This document shows, piece by piece, positions 45,253-62,914 of a DNA stretch of 64,000 nt. The notes below the pieces were generated by a model. That model saw nothing but the letters and a program-made list of their open reading frames with translations. It was not told where the DNA came from and did not search any database. Every line of letters starts with the position of its first letter. Position 1 is the first letter of the stretch. Source of the DNA: Eledone cirrhosa (taxonomy: Eukaryota); the NCBI GenBank assembly GCA_964016885.1, contig OZ024741.1, positions 330,522,001-330,586,000 of the forward strand. The letters are read 5' to 3'. The position numbers and the translations under genes are program-made.

Positions 45253-45430
45253 TTTAATATACCATAAACGTGGTTCTGTCTTTGCGCGTAATTGTTTTTC
45301 ACCGCTCCTATTAATTACGTTTTATTCGTTTTTTCCCGTTCTTTGCCAGCGAACGTTACCACGAACCAAAGTATCGTCTTCCTGTCCGCCTCCGATTGCA
45401 ACGCTTTTTGAAATATCCAGTTCTGCGTTT

Positions 45431-45506
45431 ACAGATTGACTTTGTTAGTTTCAGAAGATCCCGTTAAGGGTGAAAGCAGCGATTCTTTGCTTAAACTTTA
45501 ATCTGT
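45431..45506 (+). ncRNA. Extended type I hammerhead-like motif, family H
   Basis: acagattga..agttt CAGAAGA tccc-gttaa-gggt GAAA GCA-gcgattctt-TGC TT^ aaact-ttaatctgt. Confidence 0.68.
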
Positions 45507-45603
45507 TATTTTAATAAATATTTGCTCTACGGTTCTTATATATTTGATATATATTTATCCTTATCGAGCCCTCTTTGGATTTAATCTTCAAATTTATTAT
45601 TAT

Positions 45604-45827
<224 letters not shown>

Positions 45828-45891
45828 TTATATATATATGTATATATATATATATGTATATAGTTATGTAATAAACAACATAAGGCAATTA

Positions 45892-45950
45892 TTCCATTTA
45901 CCAGTGGTTTCTTAAAAGCAAAAGATTTTGCTTTCAATCATCAGAATGAA
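45892..45950 (-). ncRNA. Type I hammerhead, family D (intact)
   Basis: ttcatt CTGATGA ttgaaagcaaaa-tc-ttttgcttttaa GAAA CCACTGG TA^ aatggaa. Confidence 0.85.
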
Positions 45951-46801
45951 AAAATCCCGGTGTATTTATTGATATTGGATTCTAAAATCAAAAATGCAAT
46001 CTATATGAAAGTGAGGCTGGAGAAGGAAGAAGTAAAGGAAAAATAAAATAAAATCACACATGCAAACACACACACACACACACACAATTATAAAACAAGA
46101 ATATATATATATACATACAGACATACATACACACACACATATACACATATATATGTGTATATATATACATACACATACATACACACATACATACATACAC
46201 ACATAAATATCAACATATCCATACATACACATACGTATATACAACCACACACATATACATACACATATATATATAAATATAAATATATAAATATATATAT
46301 ATATATATGCATACACTTACACATACGTAGCCATATACACATACATATACATACATACATACATACATACATACATACATACATACATACATACATACAT
46401 ACATACATACATACATAGATACACACACACAATCATACGTATATACACACGTACATACATACACATACATACACATACATACACACATATATACATGCAT
46501 ACATATGCATGCACAAAAATATACACACACCTCTACATATTCACAAACGCAAATAAATATAAGAAAAAATATATATAAAATAATAAAAGAAAAATAAAGA
46601 CTATTATAAAGTTGACAACAAATAAATGAACAAACACACGTGGTAAGCAATACATACAAATGCACGTACACATACATACGTAAAAATAAATACATACACA
46701 CACTCTCACACATAAATATACATATACAAATACATAAACACATACATACGCATACACAAATATATACACACACGCACACACATATACATATATACATACA
46801 C

Positions 46802-46881
<80 letters not shown>

Positions 46882-47096
46882 ACATACATACACATACATA
46901 CATACACATACGTAAGCATACGTACACACACACACACACATATACATATATAACTCAATATATATATATATATATATATAAGTTGTAATAAAATGAAAAC
47001 GAAATTTCATTTCTCACTCTTAGTACGGCACTTACTTAAATGTAAGTATGTATATATACGTACATACATATATGTATACAGACGTACAGTAGCATG

Positions 47097-47178
<82 letters not shown>

Positions 47179-47228
47179 TACAGGTACACATACATATATG
47201 TACGTACATATGTGTATGTGTACCTGTA

Positions 47229-47263
<35 letters not shown>

Positions 47264-47409
47264 GTAGATAAATCTACCAAGAGTTTACGGTAGTGTCCAA
47301 TCCGTATGAAGAACTCAATGTAATCCGGATATCATGGAAAGAAGAGATGCAATGAAAAATCACTTTCGGTGAAAGATAAACGGAATACAGAGTCAAGATA
47401 AAATATTAA

Positions 47410-47812
47410 AAAAATAATGAATAAAACAATGAAACAGTTCCTTATATTAAACAAAAAAAGTTCATTATTTAACGATCGTTTCTAGGATATATATGTGTTA
47501 GAATTGGCATGCATATTCAACAGATCTATGTACAAAATTATACAAAATTATACAAACTATCAAAATTAAATATACATACCAACTCATATATATGCCGTCT
47601 TCAGAAATAATGAATTATTTCTGAAGACGGCATATATATGAGTTGGTATGTATATTTAATTTTGATAGTTTGTATAATTTTGTATAATTTTGTACATAGA
47701 TCTGTTAAATATACATGCCAATTCTAACACATATATATCCTAGAAACGATCGTTAAATAATGAACTTTTTTTGTTTAATATAAGGAACTGTTTCATTGTT
47801 TTATTCATTATT

Positions 47813-47815
<3 letters not shown>
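47410..47815. repeat. ~400-bp near-perfect palindrome of family A with two back-to-back HHRs (47463-47612 minus; 47613-47762 plus)
   Basis: Centre tcttcagaaataat-ga-attatttctgaaga. Confidence 0.9.
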
Positions 47816-47893
<78 letters not shown>

Positions 47894-47945
47894 CATGCTA
47901 CTGTACGTCTGTATACATATATGTATGTACGTATACATACATACT

Positions 47946-48014
<69 letters not shown>

Positions 48015-48327
48015 AAGAACATAAATATTATAAAAAATTGGGAATACGACAAATAATAAATTTAAAAAAATAAATAAATAAAATAATAAAAATATATATT
48101 TAGAAAAGGGTATAAATGCCCATAGAAGACCTAGAGCACTCAACAAGTTCCTGGAGCAAAGGATCAATGAAAATAATCATCAAATCACTATATGTAATGA
48201 TGCACATACATACACCCTTATACATATATACATATATACACGCACATATATATATATGTATATATATGTATGTATGTATATATATATATCCACAAGTGTT
48301 TTTTAGCCTTCATATCATGTCCTCCTG

Positions 48328-48394
48328 TTTTATCTGATGAAAACACAAATATTATTGCATGATGATATTTGTTTTTGAAATGCGCATAATAAAA
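48328..48394 (+). ncRNA. Type I hammerhead, family G, in repeat 48289-48532
   Basis: ttttat CTGATGA aaacacaaatattat..atgatatttgttttt GAAA TGCGCA TA^ ataaaa. Confidence 0.85.
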
Positions 48395-48564
48395 TACATG
48401 GAACTCCTTTAACCATCTTTTGTTCTTATATATTATGTATACTCCAGTCCTACAAACTGTAGAGTGCTTCTTATCCGATATCTGCATTGCTTTATTGTAC
48501 TTTTATTGTACTACAATAAAACTCACCTCCTACATATATGTATATATATATATATGTGTATATG

Positions 48565-48595
<31 letters not shown>

Positions 48596-48896
48596 GTGTA
48601 TATGTATGTATATATATAAGTATATATATATGTATGTATATATATAAGTATATGTATGTCTATATGTATGTATATATATAAGTATATGTATGTCTATATG
48701 TATGTATATATATGTATGTCTATATATAAGTATATATATATATGTATATATGTATGTATATATATATGTATGTGTATATGTATATATATATGTATGTGTA
48801 TATGTATGTATATATATAAGTATATATATATGTATATATATATATATGTATATATGTATGTATATATATATGTATATATGTATGTATATATGTTTA

Positions 48897-49504
48897 TGTC
48901 AGGTCACCAGTTGGTGCTACTGGTAACATGTATCCCAGTACAAACTGTCCCATGGTCGGCTCGTTGGCGACTAAACTGGCAACCCCACCAAGGTTTCATG
49001 GTGAGGAGGGTGACTTTGGACATCCTGCAGGACTAAAAACAAAACCTGTCAAACGGCAAAGAGCTCTTAAGAGTCAATGGCCATCCAAAATCACTGGGAG
49101 AGATGACCCCTTAACCTTTGTCAAGGCAGAATTCTAGGTAGAGGAAAACTATGATATAACACCTGCAACCCTGATGGTATCCGATGATGTTGACTTGTTC
49201 TTCTTTTTGTAAATATCATCTTGGTTAAGAGAGTGGGACTGGCTTTGTGCAGTGCCTTTGCTCACTATAAAAGCTTCACGGCACAGGCATTGCTTTATAT
49301 CTGGAGATCTCTCTGCACTTGTCATCACATGGTACCATGGGCCCAGCACTATGTGTCAATAATTGTCACAAGTTTAGTGTTTGTACCAGAATTTTCAAGT
49401 CGATACCTGGACTAAAAAGTCACACTTGTTCAGCGCATCGCTAGGGGTTCTCCTACATGGATATAAAGTAGTGGCCATACTCGAAAACGAGTTGTCAGCC
49501 ACCA
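48897..49504 (+). mobile_element. Non-autonomous bipartite RTE derivative, copy 2
   Basis: Colinear with 1608-2214; same termini in (TA)n. Confidence 0.72.
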
Positions 49505-50019
49505 TATATATGTATATATGTATAGCGAGGATAATACGTCGTTATGTGGAGCGATAAGAACAATTTCATGCAAAGACAAGACCAAGTTTATGGTATAAAT
49601 GGAGTCGTTAGACTAATATTCTATTTAAAATAACAGATTGATTTCCAGCCCCGGAGTTTAAGAATGATGTAAATAAAATTGAAAACGAAAATGACAGAGC
49701 TTATTAAAATAGTAAAAGTAAATAGTGAAGATTTAGGCCAGTACATACGTATGCTCCGACGGACATACACATACATACGCACACACAAATACATACACCC
49801 CCACACACACACACACACACACACGCACGCACGCACGCGTGCGTGCGTATTGTATAAACCTTATGCATTTCTACAGTATTTTCACCAAACTTAAGACATA
49901 GGTTACTTATGTACTCCGGATGGTCATGGGCACTTTCATTTTTCCAGATATTGATTATAGGGCCTCCCGGCAGATAACCCCCTTTAACCTCTTCCTTGGA
50001 CTCGACTGAAGCACTGCAG

Positions 50020-50286
50020 TGCAATACAACAAAACGTCATAACTTCTGGAGTTCGCAACCGATTTTCACAAAACTTGACACATGGGCTACGTTTGTCCTA
50101 CAGATGAATGTGAACTCTCAGAATTGGCACATATTGAGTAGGGGACGTCTGGGTGCAGGAACCCCCTTTTGGTAAAAGCCGATGGTTTTGTAAAAGTATA
50201 GTTTTCGAAGCAGCACTGAAGTATTGACATAAATGGTATACACAACTGCTATTTAATACCCAAGCAACGCCGGGTACCTCTGCCAG
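50020..50286 (+). mobile_element. Helitron 3' remnant
   Basis: Ends with cccaagcaacgccggg-tacctctg-CCAG|T, a decayed version of the 14853 terminus. 5' boundary uncertain. Confidence 0.55.
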
Positions 50287-50289
50287 TGT

Positions 50290-51660
50290 GATATAAAATG
50301 GTATAAATTGTGGAAAACGTAGAATAAAAATAAATACGTAAAAGGAGTAAAAAGAGTAAAAATGTGCGAAGAATATTTAAACATATTAAAATTATTAAGA
50401 ATGGTTTTTGAGAATTGTTGAAATATATGGAGAGATAATAAGGTGAAAATATGATAATGTTAAATATATTTATGTGTGTATTGGTTATTTTAATAAATAA
50501 ATAAATTAATTAGTTTTAAGTTATATTATATGATAAAATAAAATGACAGAGATGAAATAAATTTAGGGAGAGAAATATAAAGATAATAGAGATATATAAA
50601 ATAAGAATGTAAATATAAGAGGTTTTGATGTTGTTCTTTGATAGATGATGACAATTATAATTATAATGATGATGATGTTGATAATGTGATATCATAATAG
50701 ATCCAAGTGGTACAATCTGGGTTATGGGATGGAATTAAGCTGGTCTAAAGTTCTCAAATTTAGTCACCGATTTATGTCGACAAAAAATAGTTTTTTTCAA
50801 TTTTACTGTTAAGAAGAATTTTGTTGTAATTTAAAATTTGGAAAAGTTCCATATTACAAAGACCACAGTGGGACATACCAATTTGATAGCTTTGTCCAGC
50901 TGATTTTATATTCCATGTTTGCATCTTTGAGTTGCCAGATTTTATTGGCGAGAGTCGTTGTCTTAGAGAGATTCATGTTAGTCATAGAGTGTCTATGTAC
51001 GTACCACCTTTTCTTAAACTCCCCAGCTGTGGAACCAATGTAATGCCATGCTAAGCTACCTGAATTTATAGTACATAGGTATACTATATTTGTCTCTAGG
51101 CATCTATTTTGTAAAGGACATTTGTCAGGTAGATGGCAGTTACATTTAGATGCTTTTCTATGCGCTGGTTCTTCTATATAATTTTGTAGTTTGCTATGTA
51201 TGGGCTGATAATTGGGTTTGTTGATGTATTGTGGTGATGTGCTCTGACGTGTGTTTGGTTGTGATGATGTTATATGCTTATGTTTTGTATTAGGTGTTAT
51301 GGTACTTATTTGTGGGCCACTTGTATTATAAATTCTTTTATAGTTAATTTTATGTATGTGCAATTCTATGTTGTTGGCAGTGGAGTATGATAGTTTGATA
51401 GTTTTTCTATTAAAGATTTTATGATATTTATGAATTTTAGGGAAATGTTTGTCAATTAATTCGAAGAAAGTGTAAGGTAGCTTAGATTGAACGATAAGTA
51501 GTTTCTATTTCTGCATCTTCTATAGCTATTGGTGGTCTTTGTATTAGTATTCTGTTCCTTTAATTTACGTGCTTGTTGCCAATTTTTATGTTTAGTCCTA
51601 GGTTTGTTGTTTCTATAGGTGTGGATGGTGCTATTAATATTAAGTGTGTTGTTATTTTTT
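50290..51660 (-). mobile_element. Hydra-type PLE 3' fragment
   Basis: CNCHLPDKCPLQNRC..NIVYLC...YIGSTAGEFKKR; 3' UTR homologous to 60340-61060. Confidence 0.82.
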
Positions 51661-51776
51661 ATATCTGTATATATATATATATACAGTTATCAAGCTAAAA
51701 TTCCTTTAGTTAAAAATACGGTGAAAGCTATATATTTTCTAATTTCAAACTCGCTCCCTGTTTCAAAACATACTTA

Positions 51777-53237
<1,461 letters not shown>

Positions 53238-53239
53238 TG

Positions 53240-53614
53240 GTAAAAGGAAAAGAAAATGCTGACAAATTGTTCCCAGTGAAAAATAGTTTAATTAGGAATA
53301 AGTAAAAATTAGTAATAGTATTGGTTAGTGTTCAGTTTTGGTTTTAAGTTTTACCGGTTGCGCATTTCTAATGCTTTTCAAAAATAATTTTGAGATAGAG
53401 CGCCCGTGATGTTTGCTCTAATCAGATTAGTTTTGGAAATTCTACCTGTTTTATATGAAAAAAGTGGCTCCAGATGTATGAAAAAACTCTTGTGGTCAAA
53501 ACAATTTTGATTGGTCGGTAGAGCTCATGTGAATGTTAAAAATTGATTTTGCGCCAAATATAGGTTTGTCTCGGCTGGTTGAGAAATCACTGAAAAATAA
53601 GTCTTTCAAGACTA

Positions 53615-53658
<44 letters not shown>

Positions 53659-55690
53659 TAGTAGTAGTAAAGAGGTTCGTTGTTGTGATAATGGTTAGCA
53701 GGGATGTGTGTGCGAACCGCAGCCTGTTGACAGTTCAAATGCCTATTAAGACAAGTGTGTGTGTGTGTGTGTGTTTGTGTGTGTGTAACAGAGTAATTCG
53801 TGGTAGAGGGATGGTCAGTAGGAATGTATCTGTACGTGTGTGGGGGATATTTTAACATGTTAAAAGATATTTTTCAGCTCTTGTCTTATACGGAGAAGTG
53901 TGTGTGTGTGTATGTCTCTTTTTATGTTAATGTACGCGTGTGTATGTGTGTGTGTATATATATATGTGTGTGTGTGTATATGTGTGTGGGGGGGGGCAGT
54001 ATTTTTGTGATACTGGTAAAAATGGTGTACATTCGATATTTTCAGTAAAAACGATTCTCTCAATAGAACATCAAAAAGGTTAATAATAAAAGGTGTGAAA
54101 TGATATATAGTATTGGCATAATACCAAGGTGTTGTGAGTGTCCAGATTGTACGTACTGCAAGGGGAATCCATTACGCCTTGCCGTATTGGAATACTTGTG
54201 TACAAATATGTATGTGCCCATCAGTGTGCAATGCATGTGTGCGTATATGTATGTGTGTGTGTCGGTACGTTTATATCTATAGACATCAAAAAGTATGCAA
54301 ATTTGTGTATATTTGTGTTGCACCATAGATCATGTGTGTTTACGTATGTCATTGTGTTTATATGTGGATAGAGATGTACTGTATGTAGGATGTATGCTGA
54401 TGTAGGTATGTATGTTGATGTGTGTATGTTGTGGGTTCGTCTTAGGGAGAAGTGTTTAGACGGGGTCCGTATTTGTTAATAAAGTGAGATTCCTTGCTGA
54501 TGCGCTGGGTGTGGGTGGCATTATCTTTAAATTTGTAGAGGGGAAAGATTCTGAAGTTGGGATGATTTTGGTCGGCACAGGTATCAATGTGTTCACTCAG
54601 TGGTATTTTCCTGTATTCCCGTATTTTAATTTGGGATCTATGGACAGTCATGCGTTGGCGGAGGCTGTTTTTGGTCTGGCCTATGTATTGTTCTCGACAA
54701 CCTGAGCAAGTTAATACATATATTAGATTTTCTGATGCGCATGTGAAATTGTATTTTACTATAAAACGTTGTCCTTCTTTGAAATAGAATTCCGAACCCT
54801 CTATTAGGTTGATGCAGATGCCACAGTTGGGTCTATCGCATTTTTTTTACTGTGGGTTTCGTTGTTGTGGTTGGCAGTACTTTGGCATGTGTTAGGATGT
54901 TTTTCATTGACTTAGATTGTCTTTTGCTCTTTATGATATCGTGTGTTCGTAGGCTTTGGTTCATTCTATGGTCCTTTTTCAACACAGGGATGTTCTGGAG
55001 GATGGTGTCAAAGGTCTCATTGTTGAGGAGGTTGTGTGTGGAGATGTATGGAAGAGCTTCTAGTTTCGGTTGATTTACTTTAGGGTGTCTAAGGTCCTGG
55101 GTACTGAGTTTTAGGGCACGTTGGATTCCATTGTCAATTAGTGATGCAGGGTAGTCCTTGCCTATGAGTGTGTCCTTTAGTTCTTGTAGCCGTAAGTAGC
55201 AGGTGTTTTTATTGGAGACTATAGTACAGATTCTCTTGGCTAAGTTGTAGGGAATATTAATTTTAACGTGTCTAGGGTGGCAAGAGTTGAAAGGAAGATA
55301 TTGCTTCGAGTTTGTGGGCTTGTAGTATATGTCTGTTTCTATTTTTTTGTTATGGATCTTAATAAGGATGTCGAGGAAGGGGAGTTGTTGATGGCTGTAT
55401 TCCATCGTGAAGTTAATATTCGTGTTGAGCCCATTTATAAGGGAGTAAAATTCGTTAAGTTTCTCGAAGTTTTCGTGCCAAAGGATGAAGCAGTCATCTA
55501 GATATCGCTTCCAGTTCCTTTCTATGTGTAAGTGGAGACTGTTTCCAAATTTGTTTAGTACTTTAGTGTAGAGGGTGATTTCCAGGTATCCCATTACTAG
55601 GTTGGCATAAGTGGGGGCTGTTTTCGTTCCCATAGCGGTCCCAGATTTCTGCCTGTAGGGTTTGTTATTGAAAACTAAGTAATTGTTCTC
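53240..55690 (-). mobile_element. 5'-truncated Neptune-type PLE (ORF remnants 54442-55690)
   Basis: GTAMGTKTAPTYANL, WKRYLDDCF, PFLDI, YKPTN; GIY-YIG NLIYVLTC...IPLSEHI...PRLN. Confidence 0.85.
53349..53384 (-). ncRNA. Decayed minimal hammerhead with U3-A8 core
   Basis: ttt TTGAAAA gcat-tagaa-atgc GCAA CCGG TA^ aaa (GAAA->GCAA). Confidence 0.55.
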
Positions 55691-55711
55691 AAATATATAT
55701 ATATATATATA

Positions 55712-56270
55712 TGATGGTAGTTACGGCGTAGGTAGACCCAGAAAATCCTGGGATGATCTGATAAATTCCGACCTTACACACTTGCACCTCTCTAAGACAA
55801 TGTCCTTGGACCGAGATCTTTGGCGCTACGCAGTAATACAGAAGACCCGCCTTGCCTATGTATAAAGCGAAACCTACAGTCAGTAGGCACCTCTTAACCA
55901 AATATATACCGCAATCCACTACCCCTACCCTATCCTCCCACTCCCACCAACACCACCCTCTCTCTGTAAAGTTGGTACCACAACATCCAGTCCAAATAAA
56001 TGAGATAATGAGATCGAGATCGTGTAGGTGTCACGAGAAAAAGAACACACAGTCCACGCTGGAATGTGGTCGTGTAGGTAACACGGTAAAAAGTTCCCAG
56101 TTCCACACTGTAAATGTGGTTGGTGTTAGGAAGGGCATCCAGTCGTAGAAAACCTGCCAGACAGTCCTATATGAGTGAGACACGGTCACTCGACCAACCT
56201 TGCCTCAAGTGGGACAACTCCCGTCTAACCCATGATAGCGTGGAAGATGGACTTTAAACTAAGATGATGA
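55712..56270 (+). mobile_element. 3' end of an RTE LINE of the same family as 35535-39410
   Basis: DGSYGVGRPRKSWDDLINSDL...DRDLWRY, homologous 3' UTR and gatgatga tail. Confidence 0.9.
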
Positions 56271-58965
<2,695 letters not shown>

Positions 58966-59130
58966 TTATATGTATATATATATATATATATATGTATGTA
59001 TTTATATGTATATATATATATATATATGTATTTATATGTATATATATATATATGTATTTATATGTATATATATATATATATATATATGTATTTATATGTA
59101 TATATATATATATATATATATGTGTGTATT

Positions 59131-59173
<43 letters not shown>

Positions 59174-59203
59174 TTATATGTATATATATATATATATATG
59201 TAT

Positions 59204-59283
<80 letters not shown>

Positions 59284-59315
59284 TTATATGTATATATATA
59301 TATATATATATGTAT

Positions 59316-59377
<62 letters not shown>

Positions 59378-59384
59378 TTATATG

Positions 59385-59418
<34 letters not shown>

Positions 59419-59438
59419 ATATATATATTTATATGTAT

Positions 59439-59538
59439 CTAAAATCTAAAGTCTGTCTTAAGCCAGAATGCTCATTTGGCCGGTGCTTATTCTGGTTTAA
59501 TGGGGTGAAGCGACTGAGAGTAAAGACTCCCCCCTTCT
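59439..59538 (-). mobile_element. Probable SINE/L2-type 3' tail stub
   Basis: ataagcaccggccaaatgagcattctggcttaagacagacttta hairpin tail inside (TA)n. Confidence 0.4.
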
Positions 59539-59564
59539 ATGTATTTATATGTATATATATGTAT

Positions 59565-59633
<69 letters not shown>

Positions 59634-59654
59634 GTATTTATATATGTATATACG

Positions 59655-61200
59655 GGATAACAAAATATCGTTATAGGTAATCCAGTTAGAGGTTGTGAAT
59701 ACTTCTTATTATGGATAGTTTTAGCGTACGGCGTTGTTTGACTCAACAAGAGGTTTACGTAGGTGGCGAAATTATGATTTCACTTTTATTCCTATGTAAG
59801 TTTATCTTTGAGTAATAAAATTGAAAAAGTGACGAATAACATGGTCAACAGTACAAAAAAAGGGATTTATTTATAGTCTAACAATTGTTTCACTGATTAA
59901 ATTTAAAAATTGCTGAACACTAGAAACAGTGCCACTCAATTTCAAATACGATGTTAGCTTAATCAGATCATCAGAGACAACTACAAAATATCCGGTAACT
60001 TTACAAATTCAAATTACAGCATCATTAATAATATTAATAATAAAGATAGAGAGAGAAAAAAAGAAAGAGAGATAGATAAAAGAAAGAAAGAAAAAGGAAA
60101 AAGAAAAAGAAAAAGAAAAAGAAAAAGGAGAAAGGAAAACAAAGAAAGATATAGAGAGAAAAAAGACATAGAGAAAGGAGGAGAGAAAAGGAGAAATAAA
60201 GGTAGAGAAAAAGAAAAACAGAGGGAAAATAATGATATCAACAATAAATAAATAAATGTTAATACATGAATAAATGTAAATAAATAAATAAACAAGTTAC
60301 ATCGAGGATGATACAAACTATGAAAATGAATAAGTAAAAATGTGCGAAGAGATGTAAACATATTAAAATTATTGAGAGTGGTTAAAATATAGAGAGATAC
60401 GAAGGTATAAACATGATAATGTTAAATATATTTATATGTGTATTGGTTATTTTAATAAATTAATTATATAATTAATTAATTATTTGATTAATTAGTTGTA
60501 AGTTATCATATCATTTTCACTTCTAATATAAGATAAAATAAGATAAAATGCCAGAGATGAAATAAATTTAGGGAGAGAAATAAAAAGATAGAAAGTGAAA
60601 GATAGAGATATATAAAATATGAATGTAAAATATAAGAGGTTATGATGTTGGTTCATTGATAGATGATGACAATTATAATAATAATTGTTTCTACTTTAGG
60701 CACAAGGCCAGCAAATACCCAGTGCATTACTGGTACTTTATTTTATAGACCCCGTAAGGATGAAAGACAAAGTCAACCTCGGCGGGATTTGAACTCATAT
60801 CGTAAAGGGACGTAACTATGCTGGAAAGCATGGCGTCCGACCCTCTACCGATACTGCCAATAGGATATTATAATAGATCTAAGTGGTACAATTTGGGTTA
60901 TGGAATAGATTAGATGAATTAAGTTGGTCTAAAGTTCTCAAATTTGGTCGCCGTTTTATGCCTACAGAAAATAGTTCTTTCAATTTTACTGTTAAGCATT
61001 TTGTTGTAATTTAAAATTTGGAAAGCTCCATATTACAATGACAACAGTGGGACATGCCAATTCTATAGGCTATTGCTGTTGATAGCTTCGTCTAGTGTTC
61101 AGCAATTTTTAGACAATTTAATCAGTGAAACAATTGTTAGACTGTAAATAAATCCCTTTTTTTGTACTGTTGACCATGTTATTCTTCACTTTTTCAATTT
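59655..61200 (-). mobile_element. Hydra-type PLE 3' UTR remnant with inverted terminal piece
   Basis: 60340-61060 is homologous to 50360-50885; 61092-61200 is an inverted copy of 59818-59923. Confidence 0.7.
60688..60859 (-). mobile_element. tRNA-derived SINE with Nin/Deu-like domain (octopus-type)
   Basis: A box tggcagtatcgg, B box gagttcaaatcc, then gttgactttgtctttcatccttacggggtctataaaataaagtaccag. Confidence 0.8.
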
Positions 61201-61221
61201 TATATATGTATATATATATAT

Positions 61222-62550
61222 TATTCAAAATATTAACAAATGAAGATATTCACATAATCAAAATATATGCTTTATTATATATATTTCAAAGGTACTGTGT
61301 TGTTTTTTTCCAGTACGTCCTCGTCAGATAAAATATATGATTTGATATATGACATATCTCTACGGTCTTGATATTTCAATTCCAGTATTGGCAGTGATTT
61401 ATTTCATCAAATCTCAACATTTATATACCACAAATAATAATATGATAAACTTAAAGAAGAAAAGGACGTGGAGCGAATTAGAGATATAAGATAGGGTGTA
61501 AAGAAGAGGCGATGCAAGAAAAAAATAAGAAAAATAAAAAATATATACATATATAAATATTTAAATGAATATATAGATGGGTGAAATAGAGGAAGAAATA
61601 TATATAAAAATGAAGAAAGAAGAAATAACGACAAAAGAAATTATGGGTTGGAAATAAGTAGAAAAAACCGTTGTTTTCAAATATTAGGTCAATTGAGGCA
61701 ACCAATCAATTAGCATAGACCATTGAATATCTCTAGTATTTGGTTATGGTTAAGCTAATTATACTAATATAATATATCAAAATTAATCAATATACATTAC
61801 TTTTCATAGCCGTCACATATTTATTTAATTGAAAATTTATATAATTTAAATTAAAATCTATATTGAGTTAAATTAAATTATATAAATTTATATAATAGAA
61901 ATTAAAATCTATAATGAGTTAAATTAAATTATATAAATTTTCAATTAAATAAATATGTGACGGCTATGAAAAGTAATGTATATTGATTAATTTTGATATA
62001 TTATATTAGTATAATTAGCTTAACCATAACCAAATACTAGAGATATTCAATGGTCTATGCTAATTGATTGGTTGCCTCAATTGACCTAATATTTGAAAAC
62101 AACGGTTTTTTCTACTTATTTCCCACCCATAATTTCTTTTGTCGTTATTTCTTCTTTCTTCATTTTTATATATATTTCTTCCTCTATTTCACCCATCTAT
62201 ACATTCATTTAAATATTTATATATGTATGTTTTTTTATTTTTCTTATTTTTTTCTTGCATCTCCTCTTCCTTACACCCTCTCTTATATCTCTAATTCGCT
62301 CCACGTCCTTTTCTTCTTTAAGTTTATCATATTATTATTTGTGGTATATAAATGTTGAGATTTGATGAAATAAATCACTGCCAATACTGGAATTGAAATA
62401 TCAAGACCGTAGAGGTATGTCATATATCAAATCACATATTTTATCTGATGAGGACGTACTGGAAAAAAACAACACAGTACCTTCGAAATATATATAATAA
62501 AGTATATATTTTGATTATGTAAATATCTTCATTTGTTAATATTTAGAATA
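61222..62550. repeat. 1.33-kb palindrome (~625-bp arms) with outward-facing hammerheads, family J (61271-61332 minus; 62440-62501 plus)
   Basis: Plus copy: tttat CTGATGA ggacgtactg..cagtaccttc GAAA TATATA TA^ ataaa. The minus copy has CTGACGA. Confidence 0.9.
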
Positions 62551-62647
62551 TTATTAAAACTCCAGGAATATTTCACTGATGAGTGCTTTTAATCTATTGT
62601 AAAACTGTATTCATTGAGTAATCAATGAACCATATTAATCTTTGGTC

Positions 62648-62775
<128 letters not shown>

Positions 62776-62866
62776 GTGTGTATATATATATGTATATATA
62801 TATATATATATGTGTATATATATATATATGTATATATATATGGATATATATATATATGTATATGTG

Positions 62867-62898
<32 letters not shown>

Positions 62899-62914
62899 TG
62901 TATATATACAATAT

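Larger units (their letters stand above)
43711..45545 (-). mobile_element. 5'-truncated Hydra-type PLE with inverted pLTR
   Basis: GIY-YIG fragment 44707-45252; 45258-45522 is an inverted copy of 43712-43976. Confidence 0.85.

Noticed and set aside
59920-59985. Minus-strand CTGATGA...GAAA that could be a hammerhead
   Set aside because: Stems I, II and III cannot be paired convincingly.
62576-62620. CTGATGA followed by gtgc...gtat
   Set aside because: No downstream GAAA or cleavage motif.
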